A stretch of DNA of 63,736 nt, the filler included, from Octopus bimaculoides (Eukaryota), in the NCBI RefSeq assembly GCF_001194135.2. It is 3 parts of 3 records of this genome, joined end to end, with 100 filler letters (N's around TTAATTAATTAA, not from the genome) between each part and the next. Parts side by side here need not be neighbours in the genome. Positions count along the whole stretch, not along the records: positions 58,007 to 63,736 come from NW_026355773.1; 2 more parts are not named here. One strand, 5' to 3'. Under the pieces are notes generated by a model. That model was given only the letters and a program-made list of their open reading frames with translations. It did no database searches and had not been told where the DNA came from. Position numbers and translations under genes: made by a program. This document shows positions 63,541 through 63,736 of the stretch, piece by piece; within the stretch, counting starts at the first letter, position 1; each line of letters opens with the position of its first letter.

Positions 63541-63736
63541 CATCATCATCATCATCATCATCGTTTAACGTCCGCTTTCCATGCTAGCATGGGTTGGACG
63601 ATTTGACTGAGGACTGGTGAAACCGGATGGCAACACCAGGCTCCAGTCTGATTTGGCAGAGTTTCTACAGCTGGATGCCCTTCCTAACGCCAACCACTCA
63701 GAGAGTGTAGTGGGTGCTTTTACGTGTCACCCGCAC

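Overview
AT-rich, microsatellite- and retroposon-dense animal genomic DNA with many N gaps. The repeat style suggests a cephalopod (Octopus-like), which is inference, not a database result. The only well-supported host gene is four phase-compatible + strand exons (31742-31885, 40133-40416, 44172-44357, 50595-50775; 795 nt, about 265 aa). They encode the end of an Ig domain plus the start of the beta-propeller region of a follistatin-related protein 4/5 (FSTL5-like); its 5' and 3' exons are not in the window. Two artificial 100-nt spacers (44N-TTAATTAATTAA-44N at 26659-26758 and 57907-58006) split the window into three assembly blocks. The middle block holds all four exons and is strongly CpG-depleted. 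The rest is mobile DNA: mariner derivatives, a hAT MITE, a TA-flanked MITE, a 600-bp foldback, Penelope-like pieces (a GIY-YIG relic and an inverted terminal repeat with hammerhead cores and a 12-bp TSD), a Dong/R4-like RLE fragment in a (TAA)n tract, three SINE families, a (GAT)n-tailed retroposon family, and a 33/34-bp satellite with inverted blocks. Most ORFs in the supplied track are artefacts of gaps, microsatellites or satellite. No prokaryotic-type system (CRISPR, operon) is present. The most notable observations are the hammerhead-bearing inverted Penelope insertion, a duplicated splice acceptor in the FSTL5-like gene, the foldback-like satellite architecture, and the microsatellite-targeted Dong/R4 stack.
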